Below are positions 8,867 through 18,839 of a stretch of DNA of 64,000 nucleotides, one piece after another; position 1 is the first letter of the stretch; each line of letters begins with the position of its first letter. Source of the stretch: an uncultured Gemmatimonadales bacterium (GTDB lineage Bacteria > Gemmatimonadota > Gemmatimonadetes > Longimicrobiales > RSA9); the NCBI GenBank assembly GCA_963798085.1, contig CAWCRS010000007.1:512001-576000 (forward strand). Direction: 5' to 3'. The notes beneath the pieces were generated by a model that was not told where the DNA came from, made no database searches, and saw only the letters and a program-made list of their open reading frames with translations. Position numbers and translations under genes: made by a program.

Positions 8867-9939
8867 GTCATGAGATCGCGCACCAGCGCATGGCGAACCA
8901 GCGGTTGGCGGCCGACAGGCTGGCCACGCCGGAGGCTGTGGTGCGCTGGCTGGTGGCCGTGCAGGCGCAGGAGTATGCGCTGGCCCGGTGGTCGGTGGGC
9001 CTGCGCGCCGCAGCGGCAGTTGACGCAGTCGTGGAGCGCGCGCTCGCGGAGGGCAAGCTGCTGCGCACGCACGTGCTGCGACCGACGTGGCACTTCGTGC
9101 TGCCCGAAGACATACACTGGCTGCTGCAGCTCACCTCGCCACATGTGCGCAGGCGCAGTGCCTACCGCGATCGCCAGCTGGAGTTGACGGAGACGCTGTA
9201 CGCGCGCACTAACACGCTGCTGGAGAAGGCGCTGGGCGGGGGCCGGCAGCTGACGCGTGCGCAGCTGTCAGCCGGGCTCGGCCGCCAGCGCGTGGACGCG
9301 ACCGGGTCGCGCCTCGGCCACATCCTCATGCGCGCCGAGCTGGATGGCGTGATCTGCAGCGGGGCCCGCAGCGGCAGGCAGCACACGTACGCACTGCTCG
9401 CGGAGCGAGCGCCCCGGGCGCGGTCGCTGTCACGCGAAGAAGCACTCGGAGAGCTGACACTGCGTTATTTCGCGAGCCGCGGCCCGGCGACGCTCAGGGA
9501 TTTCGTGTGGTGGTCGGGTCTGGGCACGGCAGAAGCACGGCATGGTCTGGCGCTGGCTGCCTCGCATCTGCAGCGGACCCGGCTGGAAGGACGGGAGTTC
9601 TGGCTGAGCCGGGCGCCGGTCTGCCCGCGCGAGCCTTCGCCCAGCGCGCATCTGCTGCAGGGTTTCGACGAGTACGTGATCGCCTACAGCGAAACCCGCC
9701 ATGTGCTGGACACGGCGGGGCTGGGGAGCCTGTCGTTTCCGGCGAGGCCGCCGTTCACGCACGCGCTCATCATCGATGGCCAGGCGGTGGGCCGCTGGCG
9801 TCACGTGCGAGGACCGCGGAGCATAGCCATCGAGCTGCAGCCGGCGCGGCCGCTCTCGCCAGCCGATAACGACGCATTACGCCAGGCCGCAGAACGCTAC
9901 GCGCGCTTCGCCGGTGTGCCCGTGACGGTGCGCGCCTAG
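8863..9939 (+). CDS. AlkZ-like (HTH_42) winged-helix DNA glycosylase
   Basis: AVQAQE (QxQ) motif, RTHVLRPTWHFV, GPATLRDFVWWSGL, LLQGFDEY; ATGA overlap with padR. Confidence 0.85.
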   Translation: MSHEIAHQRMANQRLAADRLATPEAVVRWLVAVQAQEYALARWSVGLRAAAAVDAVVERALAEGKLLRTHVLRPTWHFVLPEDIHWLLQLTSPHVRRRSAYRDRQLELTETLYARTNTLLEKALGGGRQLTRAQLSAGLGRQRVDATGSRLGHILMRAELDGVICSGARSGRQHTYALLAERAPRARSLSREEALGELTLRYFASRGPATLRDFVWWSGLGTAEARHGLALAASHLQRTRLEGREFWLSRAPVCPREPSPSAHLLQGFDEYVIAYSETRHVLDTAGLGSLSFPARPPFTHALIIDGQAVGRWRHVRGPRSIAIELQPARPLSPADNDALRQAAERYARFAGVPVTVRA

Positions 9940-10647
9940 ACCACCGGCCGGATGAAGTTCCGGCCGCGGCGCCGGCGTGCCGGGCCCGAGCGCGACGGTC
10001 TGCCCGTGCGGCCCGGGCACGTGCCGCCGCGTCCGCCGCAACCGTGTCTCTCGTTGTCGCGTTCCTGTTGTGGCGATACCGCAGGGCACGGCGCATGACG
10101 GCGCGTTTCCGGACGGAAGCCGGAGCGGGATCAGACGACGATGCCGCACCCGTCGTCCCGGGTTGCCGGCCGGTCGCGGCACTCGCCTCGCTTCGATAAC
10201 CCTCTGCAGCCAAGCAGGATACTGGCGGGTTCCGGGGCCGTGCCCGCAACTCTGCGTGCCGTGAAGAGCGTTCCGTCGCTGGGGTGAATCCGCCCCGCCA
10301 GGCCGCGGCGCGGGAAGTGCCAATCAACCCGATCGACTCTGGAAGACACGCGGGCGGGCTGATGCGGGTCGTGGTCGGCCGAAGTGCGCGGATCGGGCGT
10401 GGGTCACCGCGGCCGCCGGCCGCGGCAGGGGCGCCCTCACCCTCATCCGGCGCACCCAGGCCGCTCGCCCGCAGGTGTCATGCGTGACGGCCCACCACCG
10501 CGGGTGTGCGCCTGACAACGCGTTAGAAGCGCGGACAGTGACTCCGGGATTCATTCGCGACCGACCACGCCTGCGGCATGCCGCCGTGGCGGGCCGTGCG
10601 TGGGTTCCGGAGTTGCCTTTCAGGCCACGTTGAACCGATGGAGCCGA

Positions 10648-13263
10648 TCATTCGCTGCGCAGCGCGGTCATGGGCTGGACCCGCGCGGCGCGCCACGCCG
10701 GCAGCCAGCTGGCGAGCACACCCACCGATGCCAGCAGCAGCGGCGCGGCCACGAAGGTCAGCGGATCCGTGGCGCTGATGCCATAGAGCAGGCCCCGCAA
10801 CAGCCGTGTCAGCACGAGGCCGAGCGCGCTGCCTGCGAGTGCGCCGCCGGCCGCGAGCATCACGCCCTCACGGACCACCAGCCGCACCACCTCGCCCGCG
10901 TGCGCGCCCAGCGCCATGCGCAGCGCCAGCTCGCGCGTGCGCCGGCCCGTTACCCAGGCCATGACCCCATAGGTGCCGACTGCACCGAGCAGCAGTGCCA
11001 CCGCGGCGAAGGCGCCCAGCAGCGCAGCCGCGGATCGTGGCCGCGCCACCAATGCGGACATGCGCTGCCCGAGAGTTCGGACATCGCTGACCGGTGCGTC
11101 CGGCGCGAGCCGATCCGCAATCGTGCGCAACGCCTGCGTGGTGGCGCCCGGCTCACGCGTGCGCGCCACTACGATTACCGCCGCCGGCGTCTGCTGGGCG
11201 AGCGGGATGTAGAACGCCGGCCGCTGCTCACCCGCCAGATCATTGTTGACGACACTGCCCACCACACCCACCACCGTCATCCACTCACTGCGCCAGGGAA
11301 AGCGGATGCGGCCGCCGATGGGATCGCGACCCTGGAAGAACTGCTGCACGGCCCGCTCATCAATGAGCGCGACCAGGCGCGCCCCCGCGCCATCCGCATC
11401 ATCGAAGTTGCGGCCCCGCAGCAGAGGCACGCCCATGGTCTTCAGATAACCGGGTGTTATACGGCGCACATCCATGAAGTCGAGGGCATTGGGGTCGCGC
11501 GTCCAGCCGTCGACATACATGGCAATGTAGTCCGCGACCTGATCGAACGGCACCTGACTGGTCGCGGCCGCCGACTGCACACCGGGCACGGCGTCCAGCT
11601 GGGTCACCAGCTGTGACCACACGGCGAGCCGGCGGTCGTCGGAATCGTAGCGCGTGGCCGGCAGGTCAATGCGGGCACTGAGCAGGTGATCGGCCTCGAA
11701 TCCCGGATTGACCTGCTGCAGCTGCCAGAGCGTGCGCAGCAGCAGGGTCGCGCCGATGACCAGCACGGCAGCCACCGCCACCTCAGCCGCCGCCAGTGCG
11801 CCCAGCAGTCGGCGGCCCGCGCGCGTGCCACCCGCCTCGCCGCGCGCTCCACTGAGCGCGCCGCCCACGGTGCCACGCAGCGCACGCAGCGCGGGTGCGA
11901 AGCCGAAGATCACACCGGTGAGCAGCGCGCTGGCCAGCGCGAAACCGAGCACGCGCGGGTCCAGCCGTACCTCCGCCAGGCGAGGCGTGTCCGGCGGCAA
12001 CAGGGAGAGCAGCAGGCCGCGCCCGGCCAGCGCCAGCGCCAGTCCGGCCAGTGCGCCCAGCGCGGAGAGCAGCAGGTTCTCCGTGACCAGCTGACGCAGC
12101 AGGCGGGAGCGGGCGGCGCCCAGCGCCGCGCGCACGGCCATCTCACGCGTGCGTGCCGACCCACGCACTAGCAGCAGGTTAGCAACATTGGCGCAGGCGA
12201 TGAGCAGCACCATGCCGGCCGCACCCAGCAGCAGGAGCAGGAGCGGGCGCGATGCGCTGACCAGGCTGTCACGCAGCGGCACCACATTCACGGCCGCCAG
12301 ATAGGATTCCTCGGAGGGCGTCCATACGGGGTTCTCCAACCGCAGCCGTGCGGCCACGCTGCGCAGCTCGGCCCTGGCCTGCGCCGCCGTCACGCCCTGG
12401 CGCAGGCGGGCCACCACGTGCAGGCCGCCACTGCCCCAGTAGACACCGCGCTGCGCGGCATCGATCAGGACCGGGATCCACAGGCGAGTGTCGTGTCCGG
12501 GAAATGCGAAGCCGGGCGGCATGATGCCGATCACCAGGCGAGGCCGGCCATCCAGGTCGATGCTGCGGCCGAGCAAGCCGGCATCGGCGCCAAAGCGCTC
12601 ACGCCAGAGCCCGTCGCTCAGCACCACCACACCGTCCGCACCCGGCTGCGCCTCGGTCGCCGCAAAGCCGCGGCCGAGCGCGGGCTTCACGCCGAGCACC
12701 GCGAACAGCCCGGGCGTCACTTCCGCGCCCGCGACGCGCACAGGCTCGCCTGCGCCGCTCAGCCCCAGGCCCGCGCCTTCCGTGTACGCGGCCACCCCCG
12801 TGAAGGCCGTGGCGCGTTCCGCCACTCCCGTGAACTCCGCGCGCGAATTGCCCCACGCGCGCACCAGCCGGCCCTCACCGGGAAAGGGCAGGGGCCGCAA
12901 TAACACACCGTTAACGACGCTGAAAATGGCGGTGTTGGCGCCCATGCCCAGGGCCAGCGTCAGCACGGCGGCCAGAGTGAAGCCCGGCGCCCGGCGCAGC
13001 GCGCGCACGCCGAAGCGCAGGTCCTGCAGCAGATCCTCGAGGCCACTCACCCGGCGCGCATCGCGCGCCTCCTCGCGGAAACGCTGCACGTCGCCGAAGG
13101 CCAGCCGCGCGGCGCGGCGGGCCGCGCGCGCCTCCATGCCGCCGCGCAGGAGCGACTCCGTCTCCAGCCGGATGTGCGCTTCCATCTCGGCGCGCGTCTC
13201 GTGATCGAGGGCGCGGCTGCGTCGCAGTGCCAGCAGACGGCGAAGCCAGTGGTGCAGGAACAC
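10648..13263 (-). CDS. ADOP-type ABC permease with permease prefix domain 1
   Basis: GGAGA before GTG; N-terminal EMEAHIRLE...[11 protein letters not shown], then [45 protein letters not shown]. Confidence 0.92.
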   Translation of the reverse strand: MFLHHWLRRLLALRRSRALDHETRAEMEAHIRLETESLLRGGMEARAARRAARLAFGDVQRFREEARDARRVSGLEDLLQDLRFGVRALRRAPGFTLAAVLTLALGMGANTAIFSVVNGVLLRPLPFPGEGRLVRAWGNSRAEFTGVAERATAFTGVAAYTEGAGLGLSGAGEPVRVAGAEVTPGLFAVLGVKPALGRGFAATEAQPGADGVVVLSDGLWRERFGADAGLLGRSIDLDGRPRLVIGIMPPGFAFPGHDTRLWIPVLIDAAQRGVYWGSGGLHVVARLRQGVTAAQARAELRSVAARLRLENPVWTPSEESYLAAVNVVPLRDSLVSASRPLLLLLLGAAGMVLLIACANVANLLLVRGSARTREMAVRAALGAARSRLLRQLVTENLLLSALGALAGLALALAGRGLLLSLLPPDTPRLAEVRLDPRVLGFALASALLTGVIFGFAPALRALRGTVGGALSGARGEAGGTRAGRRLLGALAAAEVAVAAVLVIGATLLLRTLWQLQQVNPGFEADHLLSARIDLPATRYDSDDRRLAVWSQLVTQLDAVPGVQSAAATSQVPFDQVADYIAMYVDGWTRDPNALDFMDVRRITPGYLKTMGVPLLRGRNFDDADGAGARLVALIDERAVQQFFQGRDPIGGRIRFPWRSEWMTVVGVVGSVVNNDLAGEQRPAFYIPLAQQTPAAVIVVARTREPGATTQALRTIADRLAPDAPVSDVRTLGQRMSALVARPRSAAALLGAFAAVALLLGAVGTYGVMAWVTGRRTRELALRMALGAHAGEVVRLVVREGVMLAAGGALAGSALGLVLTRLLRGLLYGISATDPLTFVAAPLLLASVGVLASWLPAWRAARVQPMTALRSE

Positions 13264-13286
13264 GGTCGTGTCTCCGGTTGCTCATA

Positions 13287-13306
13287 CCTTGTCATCCGAC
13301 AATAGG
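13287..13306. promoter_or_regulatory. Palindromic operator TTGTC-N4-GACAA (putative acidobacterial-PadR site)
   Basis: CCTTGTCATCCGACAATAGG, 16/20 identical to 38474-38493 upstream of the second padR. Confidence 0.7.
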
Positions 13307-13375
13307 ACATGCGAAGGCGGGCGATGGTTGCTCGGTGCGCGGCGTGGCGGTGGCGTTGCGCGTGCGGGCGGGCCG

Positions 13376-13503
13376 TGTTCGCCCGCGGGACAGCGCATCC
13401 CGCGAGCGGGGGCGACAGGGCCGCTGCCGGCACGGGGCCGATACCCTCAAACGTTTGAATCGCAAGCAGTTGCAGGCGAAGACGGGTGCGGCACGCAGCT
13501 TCC
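13376..13503 (+). promoter_or_regulatory. Putative sigma54 promoter of the permease run: enhancer 13376-13408, IHF-like site 13460-13472, -24/-12 box 13489-13503
   Basis: TGTTC-N5-CGGGA-N7-TCCC-N5-CG, CAA-GCAG-TTG, CGGCACGCAGCTTCC; spacing matches the tolC promoter. Confidence 0.65.
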
Positions 13504-13580
13504 ATTGCGTGGCGCTGGCACCAAACCGCCTCGCCGTGCGGTCGTCGTCGCGCGGCATGTGCGCAAGGAATGGGGGGCTG

Positions 13581-16001
13581 ATGCTCGACTGGGTCAACGA
13601 GGTGCGACAGGCGTTGCGCGGATTGCGCCGGGCCCGGCTGTTCGCGCTGCTCGCCGGCTGCACGCTGGCGCTGGGCATGGGCGCGAACGCCGCCATCTTC
13701 GCGGTGCTGCGCGGCGCGGTGTTGCGGCCGCTGCCGTGGCGGGAGCCCGAACAGCTGGTGCGCCTGTGGTCGAGCGTGCCGGATCGTGGCCTCGAGTTCT
13801 TCTCCGTGTCGGCGCCCGACTATGAGGACTGGCGCCAGCAGGTGCACGGGCTGTCCGCGCTGGCCGCGTTCGAGCGTCAGCGCACGGTGGTGCTGCGCGC
13901 GGGTGCGGCCGAGCCACGGGAGGAGCAGGCGGCGCGTGCTTCGGCGGACCTGTTCGCGCTGCTGGGCGTGACACCGCGGCAGGGCCGGTTGTTCCGGGCC
14001 GACGAGGACGACGCGCGGGGCGCACCCGTCGCCTTGATAACATCGAGTTTCTGGCGCGACGTGCTGGCCGCCGATGCGCATGCCATTGGCCGGACCATCA
14101 CACTGGATGGCGTTCCCTACAGCATCATCGGCGTGCTGCCCGAGTCGTTTCTGGTGCCGGGCAATCCGGCGCGCGTGTGGACGCCGCTCGGACCGGTGCT
14201 GGCCGCGGGGATGACGGACCGTGGCAACCGATTCCTGCGCGTGTTCGGGCGTCTGGACACAGGCGTGAGCATCGAGCAGGCAACGAGCGAGCTGCGGGCG
14301 CTGGCGGTCCGGCTGGGGCAACAGTACCCGGGCAGCAACCGCGCCTGGTCGGTGACCATGCGCTCGCTGCGCAGGCAGGTGCTGGGAGACACCTTCGGGT
14401 TCGCCGTCTGGGCGCTGCTGGGTGTGGTGACCGTGGTGCTGCTGATTGCCTGCGCCAACGTGACGAACCTGCTGTTAGGGAGGGCGGTCACGCGCCGGAC
14501 GGAAGCGGCCGCGCGCCTGGCGCTGGGCGCCTCGCGCTGGCGCGTGGTGCGTCACTGGCTGGTCGAGGGCGCCATCCTGGGCGCCGGGGCCGGACTGGCC
14601 GGGCTGGCACTGGCGGTGTGGAGCATCGATCTGCTGCGTGCGCTCCACCCGTCCGGCGTGCCGCGCATCGAGGAGATTCGCGTCGATGGGGGCGTCGCCG
14701 CGTTCACGCTGCTGCTCTCGCTGGCGGCGGGTGTGCTGCTGGCCGTGGCGCCCGCACTGCACGCGACGGCCGGCAGCGCCTCGGCGCTGCTGCGCGAAGC
14801 CGGGCGTGGGCTGGCGGGTGGCCGGCGCCAGCGCCTGGCGAGAAACACGCTGCTGGTAACGCAGGTCGCGCTCACGGTGCTGCTGGCGACGGGCGCGGGT
14901 CTGCTGCTGCGCAGCTTCCAGCGGCTGCTGCAGGTGCGGCCCGGATTCGATGCCAGCCACGTACTGACGGCGCGGGTCACACTGCCCGCCGCGCGGTATG
15001 CGGAGGATCGAGTAGTGGACTTCTATCGTGAGCTGGTGGCGCGCGCCGGGGCACTGCCCGGTGTGCGTTCCGCCGCGCTGGTGTCGAGCCCGCCCATGGG
15101 CGGCGTCAACGCGGGCCTTTCGTTCGCGCTGGCAGCCGGGCCGCCTCCGGAGCCGGGCAAGGCGCCCGACGCGGACTTTCGCGCCATAACACCAGGTTAT
15201 CTGGGCACGCTGCGCATCCCGCTGCTGCAGGGCAGGGACTTCACCGAGCAGGATCGGGACCGGGGCGACGCGGCGATCATAAGCCAGACCATGGCGAGGC
15301 AGTACTGGCCCGATGGCGCTGCGACAGGCCAGCAGATCCGGCTGGGCGATTTGGTACGAGGTCCCGTGTTCACCATTGTGGGTGTGGCAGGCGACGTGCG
15401 CAGTCAGGATCTGGAAACGCCGGACGTACGGCCCATGCTGTACCTGCCGCACCGCGGCCTCCCCGCAATGACGCTGATGCTGCGCACCACGGGAGATCCT
15501 GGCACACTCGCGGACGGCGTGCGCGCGACCATCCGGGCACTCGATCCGGATCTCGCGCCCGGAACCATCGCCACGCAGGAACAACTGCTCGATGCCGCGT
15601 ACGCGGACCGCGGCTTCCAGCTCACGCTGTTCGCGGTGTTCGGCGGACTCGCCCTGCTCATCGCGGCGGTCGGTATCTACGGCGTCACGGCCTGCGGCGT
15701 CGCCGAGCGCACGGCGGAGCTGGGCATCCGCCTGGCCCTGGGCGCACCCACCGGCCAGGTGCTGCGCATGGTGTTGCGCGAGAGCCTGGCGCTGAGTCTG
15801 ACCGGCGTGGTGCTGGGCACCGCGACCTCGCTCGCCGCCGCGCGCGTCATGGCCACACTGCTGTTCCACACCGATGTGCACGATCCGCTGGCGTTCAGCG
15901 GCGTCGTGGTTCTCCTGCTGCTGACCGCGCTGCTGGCCGCCTGGCTGCCCGCCCGCCGCGCCACCCGCGTCGACCCCATACTCGCGGTCCGGCTCGTCTA
16001 G
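13581..16001 (+). CDS. ADOP/MacB-type ABC permease (no prefix domain)
   Basis: [58 protein letters not shown]. Confidence 0.92.
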   Translation: MLDWVNEVRQALRGLRRARLFALLAGCTLALGMGANAAIFAVLRGAVLRPLPWREPEQLVRLWSSVPDRGLEFFSVSAPDYEDWRQQVHGLSALAAFERQRTVVLRAGAAEPREEQAARASADLFALLGVTPRQGRLFRADEDDARGAPVALITSSFWRDVLAADAHAIGRTITLDGVPYSIIGVLPESFLVPGNPARVWTPLGPVLAAGMTDRGNRFLRVFGRLDTGVSIEQATSELRALAVRLGQQYPGSNRAWSVTMRSLRRQVLGDTFGFAVWALLGVVTVVLLIACANVTNLLLGRAVTRRTEAAARLALGASRWRVVRHWLVEGAILGAGAGLAGLALAVWSIDLLRALHPSGVPRIEEIRVDGGVAAFTLLLSLAAGVLLAVAPALHATAGSASALLREAGRGLAGGRRQRLARNTLLVTQVALTVLLATGAGLLLRSFQRLLQVRPGFDASHVLTARVTLPAARYAEDRVVDFYRELVARAGALPGVRSAALVSSPPMGGVNAGLSFALAAGPPPEPGKAPDADFRAITPGYLGTLRIPLLQGRDFTEQDRDRGDAAIISQTMARQYWPDGAATGQQIRLGDLVRGPVFTIVGVAGDVRSQDLETPDVRPMLYLPHRGLPAMTLMLRTTGDPGTLADGVRATIRALDPDLAPGTIATQEQLLDAAYADRGFQLTLFAVFGGLALLIAAVGIYGVTACGVAERTAELGIRLALGAPTGQVLRMVLRESLALSLTGVVLGTATSLAAARVMATLLFHTDVHDPLAFSGVVVLLLLTALLAAWLPARRATRVDPILAVRLV

Positions 16002-16012
16002 CTCTCACTCTC

Positions 16013-16176
16013 TCACCGCGCAGGGCGCGAAGGAACGGAATGAGTTCTTGATTCTGAACGGATCAAAAGAAACGGATTGACCGGGAACGGGCTCAACAGA
16101 AGCGGTTCAAGCGGAAACGGATGGATCGAAACGGATCAACGGACGCGGATCAACGGAAACGGACGGAAACGGATCC
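16013..16176 (+). repeat. Intergenic degenerate tandem repeat (10 x AACGG) preceded by a TCACCGCG element
   Basis: Ten AACGG copies counted in 16034-16172. Confidence 0.85.
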
Positions 16177-16371
16177 GTGGGAGATAGAAGGCGGATACGG
16201 GGGCACAAGTTTGAAAGCGGTATTCTCGACGGCGGTGAAGTGCACGTGTGTTGAACCAAACGCCGTTGTCAAAGAAGATCACTGAGGTGGAGCGGCACGA
16301 CGCCTGGAATGGCTCTGCGACGGCAGAGGTCTCCGCGGTGGAGTGCAGTGGCGTGCGATCGAGGAGGAGGA

Positions 16372-18789
16372 ATGGACAGGGTGCGGCGAGATGTGAGGCA
16401 GGCGCTGAGGGGGCTGGCGCGGAGTCCGTTGTTCGCATTGACAGTGGTGGCGACGCTGGGACTGGGCATTGGTGCCAACACGGCCATCTTCAGCTTCGTG
16501 GACACGCTGCTGCTGCGGCCGCTGCCCTATCCGCAGTCGGCGCGCATGGCAATGGTGTGGCAGGATTTCAGTGCGGCGGGCGGGCCGCGGCAGGAGTGGT
16601 TCACGCCACCCGACTACGAGGACCTGCGCACGCAGAATCGAACACTGGAAGCGGTGTCGCCGCTGGTCGGCTGGAATCCGAGTCTGACGGGCGTGAACGA
16701 GCCGGTGCAGCTGCAGGGCGCCATCGTCTCGGTCGACTACTTCCGGGTGACGGGTGTGCAGCCGGCGCAGGGCCGCGGCTTCTCGCCCACGGACGAGACC
16801 GGTGACGGCCAGGTGGTGGTGCTGAGCGATGCGCTCTGGAAGCGGGCGTTCGGCGCCCGGCGGGACATGGTGGGCAGCACCATCCAGCTGAACGGGCTTA
16901 CTAACACCGTGATAGGGATCATGCCGCGCGGGTTCGAGGCGCCCTTCCAGAAGGCGGACATCTTCCGGCCCTACCTCAAGACCACGTTCAGCACAGGCTG
17001 CGGCCGGGGCTGTTACGTCATGCAGATGCTGGTGCGTGTGCGGGCGGGCGTGTCGCTGAAGCAGGCCCAGGAAGATGCCGCGCGCACAGGCCGCGCGCTG
17101 CAGGCGCAGGCGCCGGGCGCGAAGAAGGGCCTGGTGCTGCGCCTGGTGTCGCTGCACGAACAGATCGCGGGTCCGCTGCGGCCGGCGCTGGTGGCGCTGC
17201 TGGGCGCGGTGGGACTGCTGCTGCTCATCGCCTGCGTCAACATCGCCAACCTGCTGCTGGCCAGGGCGACGGACCGGGAACGCGAAGTGGCGGTGCGCCT
17301 GGCGATCGGGGCCAGCCGTCGCATCGTCGTGCACCAGCTGCTGACGGAGAGCCTGATCGTGGCCGCGGTGGGTGGCGTGGCCGGCATCGTGGTGGCCTTC
17401 TGGGGTGTGGATCTGCTGACACGCATGAGTCCGCCCGGGACGGCGCGCATCGAGGAAGTCGCCGTGAACGGCCATGCGCTGCTGTTCGCACTCTCGGTGG
17501 CCGCTGTCACCGGCATCCTCTTCGGCCTGGCGCCAGCATGGCATCTGTCGCGCGTGAGTGTGGCCAATGCGCTCAAGGAGAGCGGCGGCCTGCGCACGGG
17601 AGTGAGCCGGCGCCGTACGCGCAATACCTTCATTGCCGCCGAAGTGGCGATCGCGCTGATGCTGCTGCTGGGCGCGGGGCTCATGATGCGCAGCTTCGTG
17701 CGGCTGCAGGCGGTGGATGCGGGGTTCCATCCGGAGAACGCGTTGGCGGTGCAGCTGCAGCTGCCGCGGGCACGCTATCCGGAGATCGCGCAGGTGGATG
17801 CGTTCTTCGATGGCCTGCTGCAGCGTCTTGCGGCACAGCCCGGCGTGGTGGCAGCGGGCGCGTCCAGCATGATTCCGCTGGATGGCAACAACAGCGACGT
17901 CGACTTCGTGGTGGAGGGCCGGCCGGCCCCGACCAGCCGCGAGGAGCAGCCGGTGGCGGATTATCGCCAGATAACACCCGGTTACTTCGCAGCCATCGGC
18001 ATGCGCCTGCTGCGCGGCCGGGCGCTGACGGACGAGGATCGCCAGGGCACGCCCCGGGTGGTGGTCATCAATGAGACGATGGCGAAGCGCTTCTGGCCCA
18101 ACGAGGACGCGCTGGGCAGGCGTATTTCCTCGAGCGGACCCGACGGTCCGTGGACGACGGTGGTGGGCATTGTGGCGGACGCGCACGACCGCGGCATGGA
18201 CCAGCCGACTCGACCGGAGATGTTCCTGCCCCAGCACCAGATTCCGGCGCGTCAGCTCACACTGGTGCTGCGCACGCAGGGTGACCCGCGCGCACTCGGC
18301 GCACGCATCCGCGCTGAAGTCCGGACGCTGGACAAGGAGCTGCCCATCGCCGCGGAATCGCGGCTCACGGACCTCGTCAGCGGCTCCATGGCCATGCCCC
18401 GCCTGTTCGTCGCGTTCTTCGGCTTCTTCGCGGTGGTGGCGCTGCTGCTCGCGAGTGTGGGCATCTACGGCGTCACGGCGCAGGCCGTGAGCCAGCGGCG
18501 CCAGGAGATCGGCGTGCGCATGGCACTGGGCGCGAGCGCGCGCGGCGTGGTCGCGCTGATGGTGGGTCAGGCGATGCTGGTCGTGCTGGGCGGTCTGACA
18601 GTCGGACTCGTGGCCGCATGGCTGCTTTCGCACTGGCTTGGCTCACTGCTGTTCGACCTGAGCCCGACGGATCCGGTGACGTTCACGATCATCCCGCTGC
18701 TGCTGGCTGCGGTCGGACTGCTCGCCAGCTGGCGCCCGGCCCGGCGCGCGGCAGCGGTGGATCCCATGCGCGCGCTGCGCACGGAGTGA
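16372..18789 (+). CDS. ADOP/MacB-type ABC permease (no prefix domain)
   Basis: [58 protein letters not shown]. Confidence 0.93.
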   Translation: MDRVRRDVRQALRGLARSPLFALTVVATLGLGIGANTAIFSFVDTLLLRPLPYPQSARMAMVWQDFSAAGGPRQEWFTPPDYEDLRTQNRTLEAVSPLVGWNPSLTGVNEPVQLQGAIVSVDYFRVTGVQPAQGRGFSPTDETGDGQVVVLSDALWKRAFGARRDMVGSTIQLNGLTNTVIGIMPRGFEAPFQKADIFRPYLKTTFSTGCGRGCYVMQMLVRVRAGVSLKQAQEDAARTGRALQAQAPGAKKGLVLRLVSLHEQIAGPLRPALVALLGAVGLLLLIACVNIANLLLARATDREREVAVRLAIGASRRIVVHQLLTESLIVAAVGGVAGIVVAFWGVDLLTRMSPPGTARIEEVAVNGHALLFALSVAAVTGILFGLAPAWHLSRVSVANALKESGGLRTGVSRRRTRNTFIAAEVAIALMLLLGAGLMMRSFVRLQAVDAGFHPENALAVQLQLPRARYPEIAQVDAFFDGLLQRLAAQPGVVAAGASSMIPLDGNNSDVDFVVEGRPAPTSREEQPVADYRQITPGYFAAIGMRLLRGRALTDEDRQGTPRVVVINETMAKRFWPNEDALGRRISSSGPDGPWTTVVGIVADAHDRGMDQPTRPEMFLPQHQIPARQLTLVLRTQGDPRALGARIRAEVRTLDKELPIAAESRLTDLVSGSMAMPRLFVAFFGFFAVVALLLASVGIYGVTAQAVSQRRQEIGVRMALGASARGVVALMVGQAMLVVLGGLTVGLVAAWLLSHWLGSLLFDLSPTDPVTFTIIPLLLAAVGLLASWRPARRAAAVDPMRALRTE

Positions 18790-18839
18790 GCGCCCGGACG
18801 TCCGGACCACGACAACCCTGCAACCGGGTGGAATGACCG

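Noticed and set aside
10100..10202. SAM-I riboswitch on the minus strand (TTATCGAAG...GGCAACC...GGTGC)
   Set aside because: Lacks the GAGGGA...GGCCC core and closing AGAT; no downstream gene.
10200..10345. c-di-AMP (ydaO) riboswitch suggested by TGGGGTGAATC
   Set aside because: The downstream GAACCCGTCAGCTAAC-like element is absent on this strand; a similar string occurs only on the opposite strand. No gene follows in that orientation.
16030..16180. CRISPR array
   Set aside because: Units are 5-7 nt with irregular short spacing; no long repeats, unique spacers or cas genes.
16201..16216. Extra sigma54 boxes at 16201 (GGCACAAGTTTGA) and about 38518 (TGGCACGGACTCGC)
   Set aside because: Spacing between -24 and -12 is one base short and the shared enhancer is absent.
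16279..18633. Long antisense and alternative-frame ORFs (this 784-aa ORF, 1599-3224, 35257-37179, 40861-42735 and others)
   Set aside because: Shadow ORFs of real genes in high-GC DNA; Arg/Ala/His-rich with no motifs.
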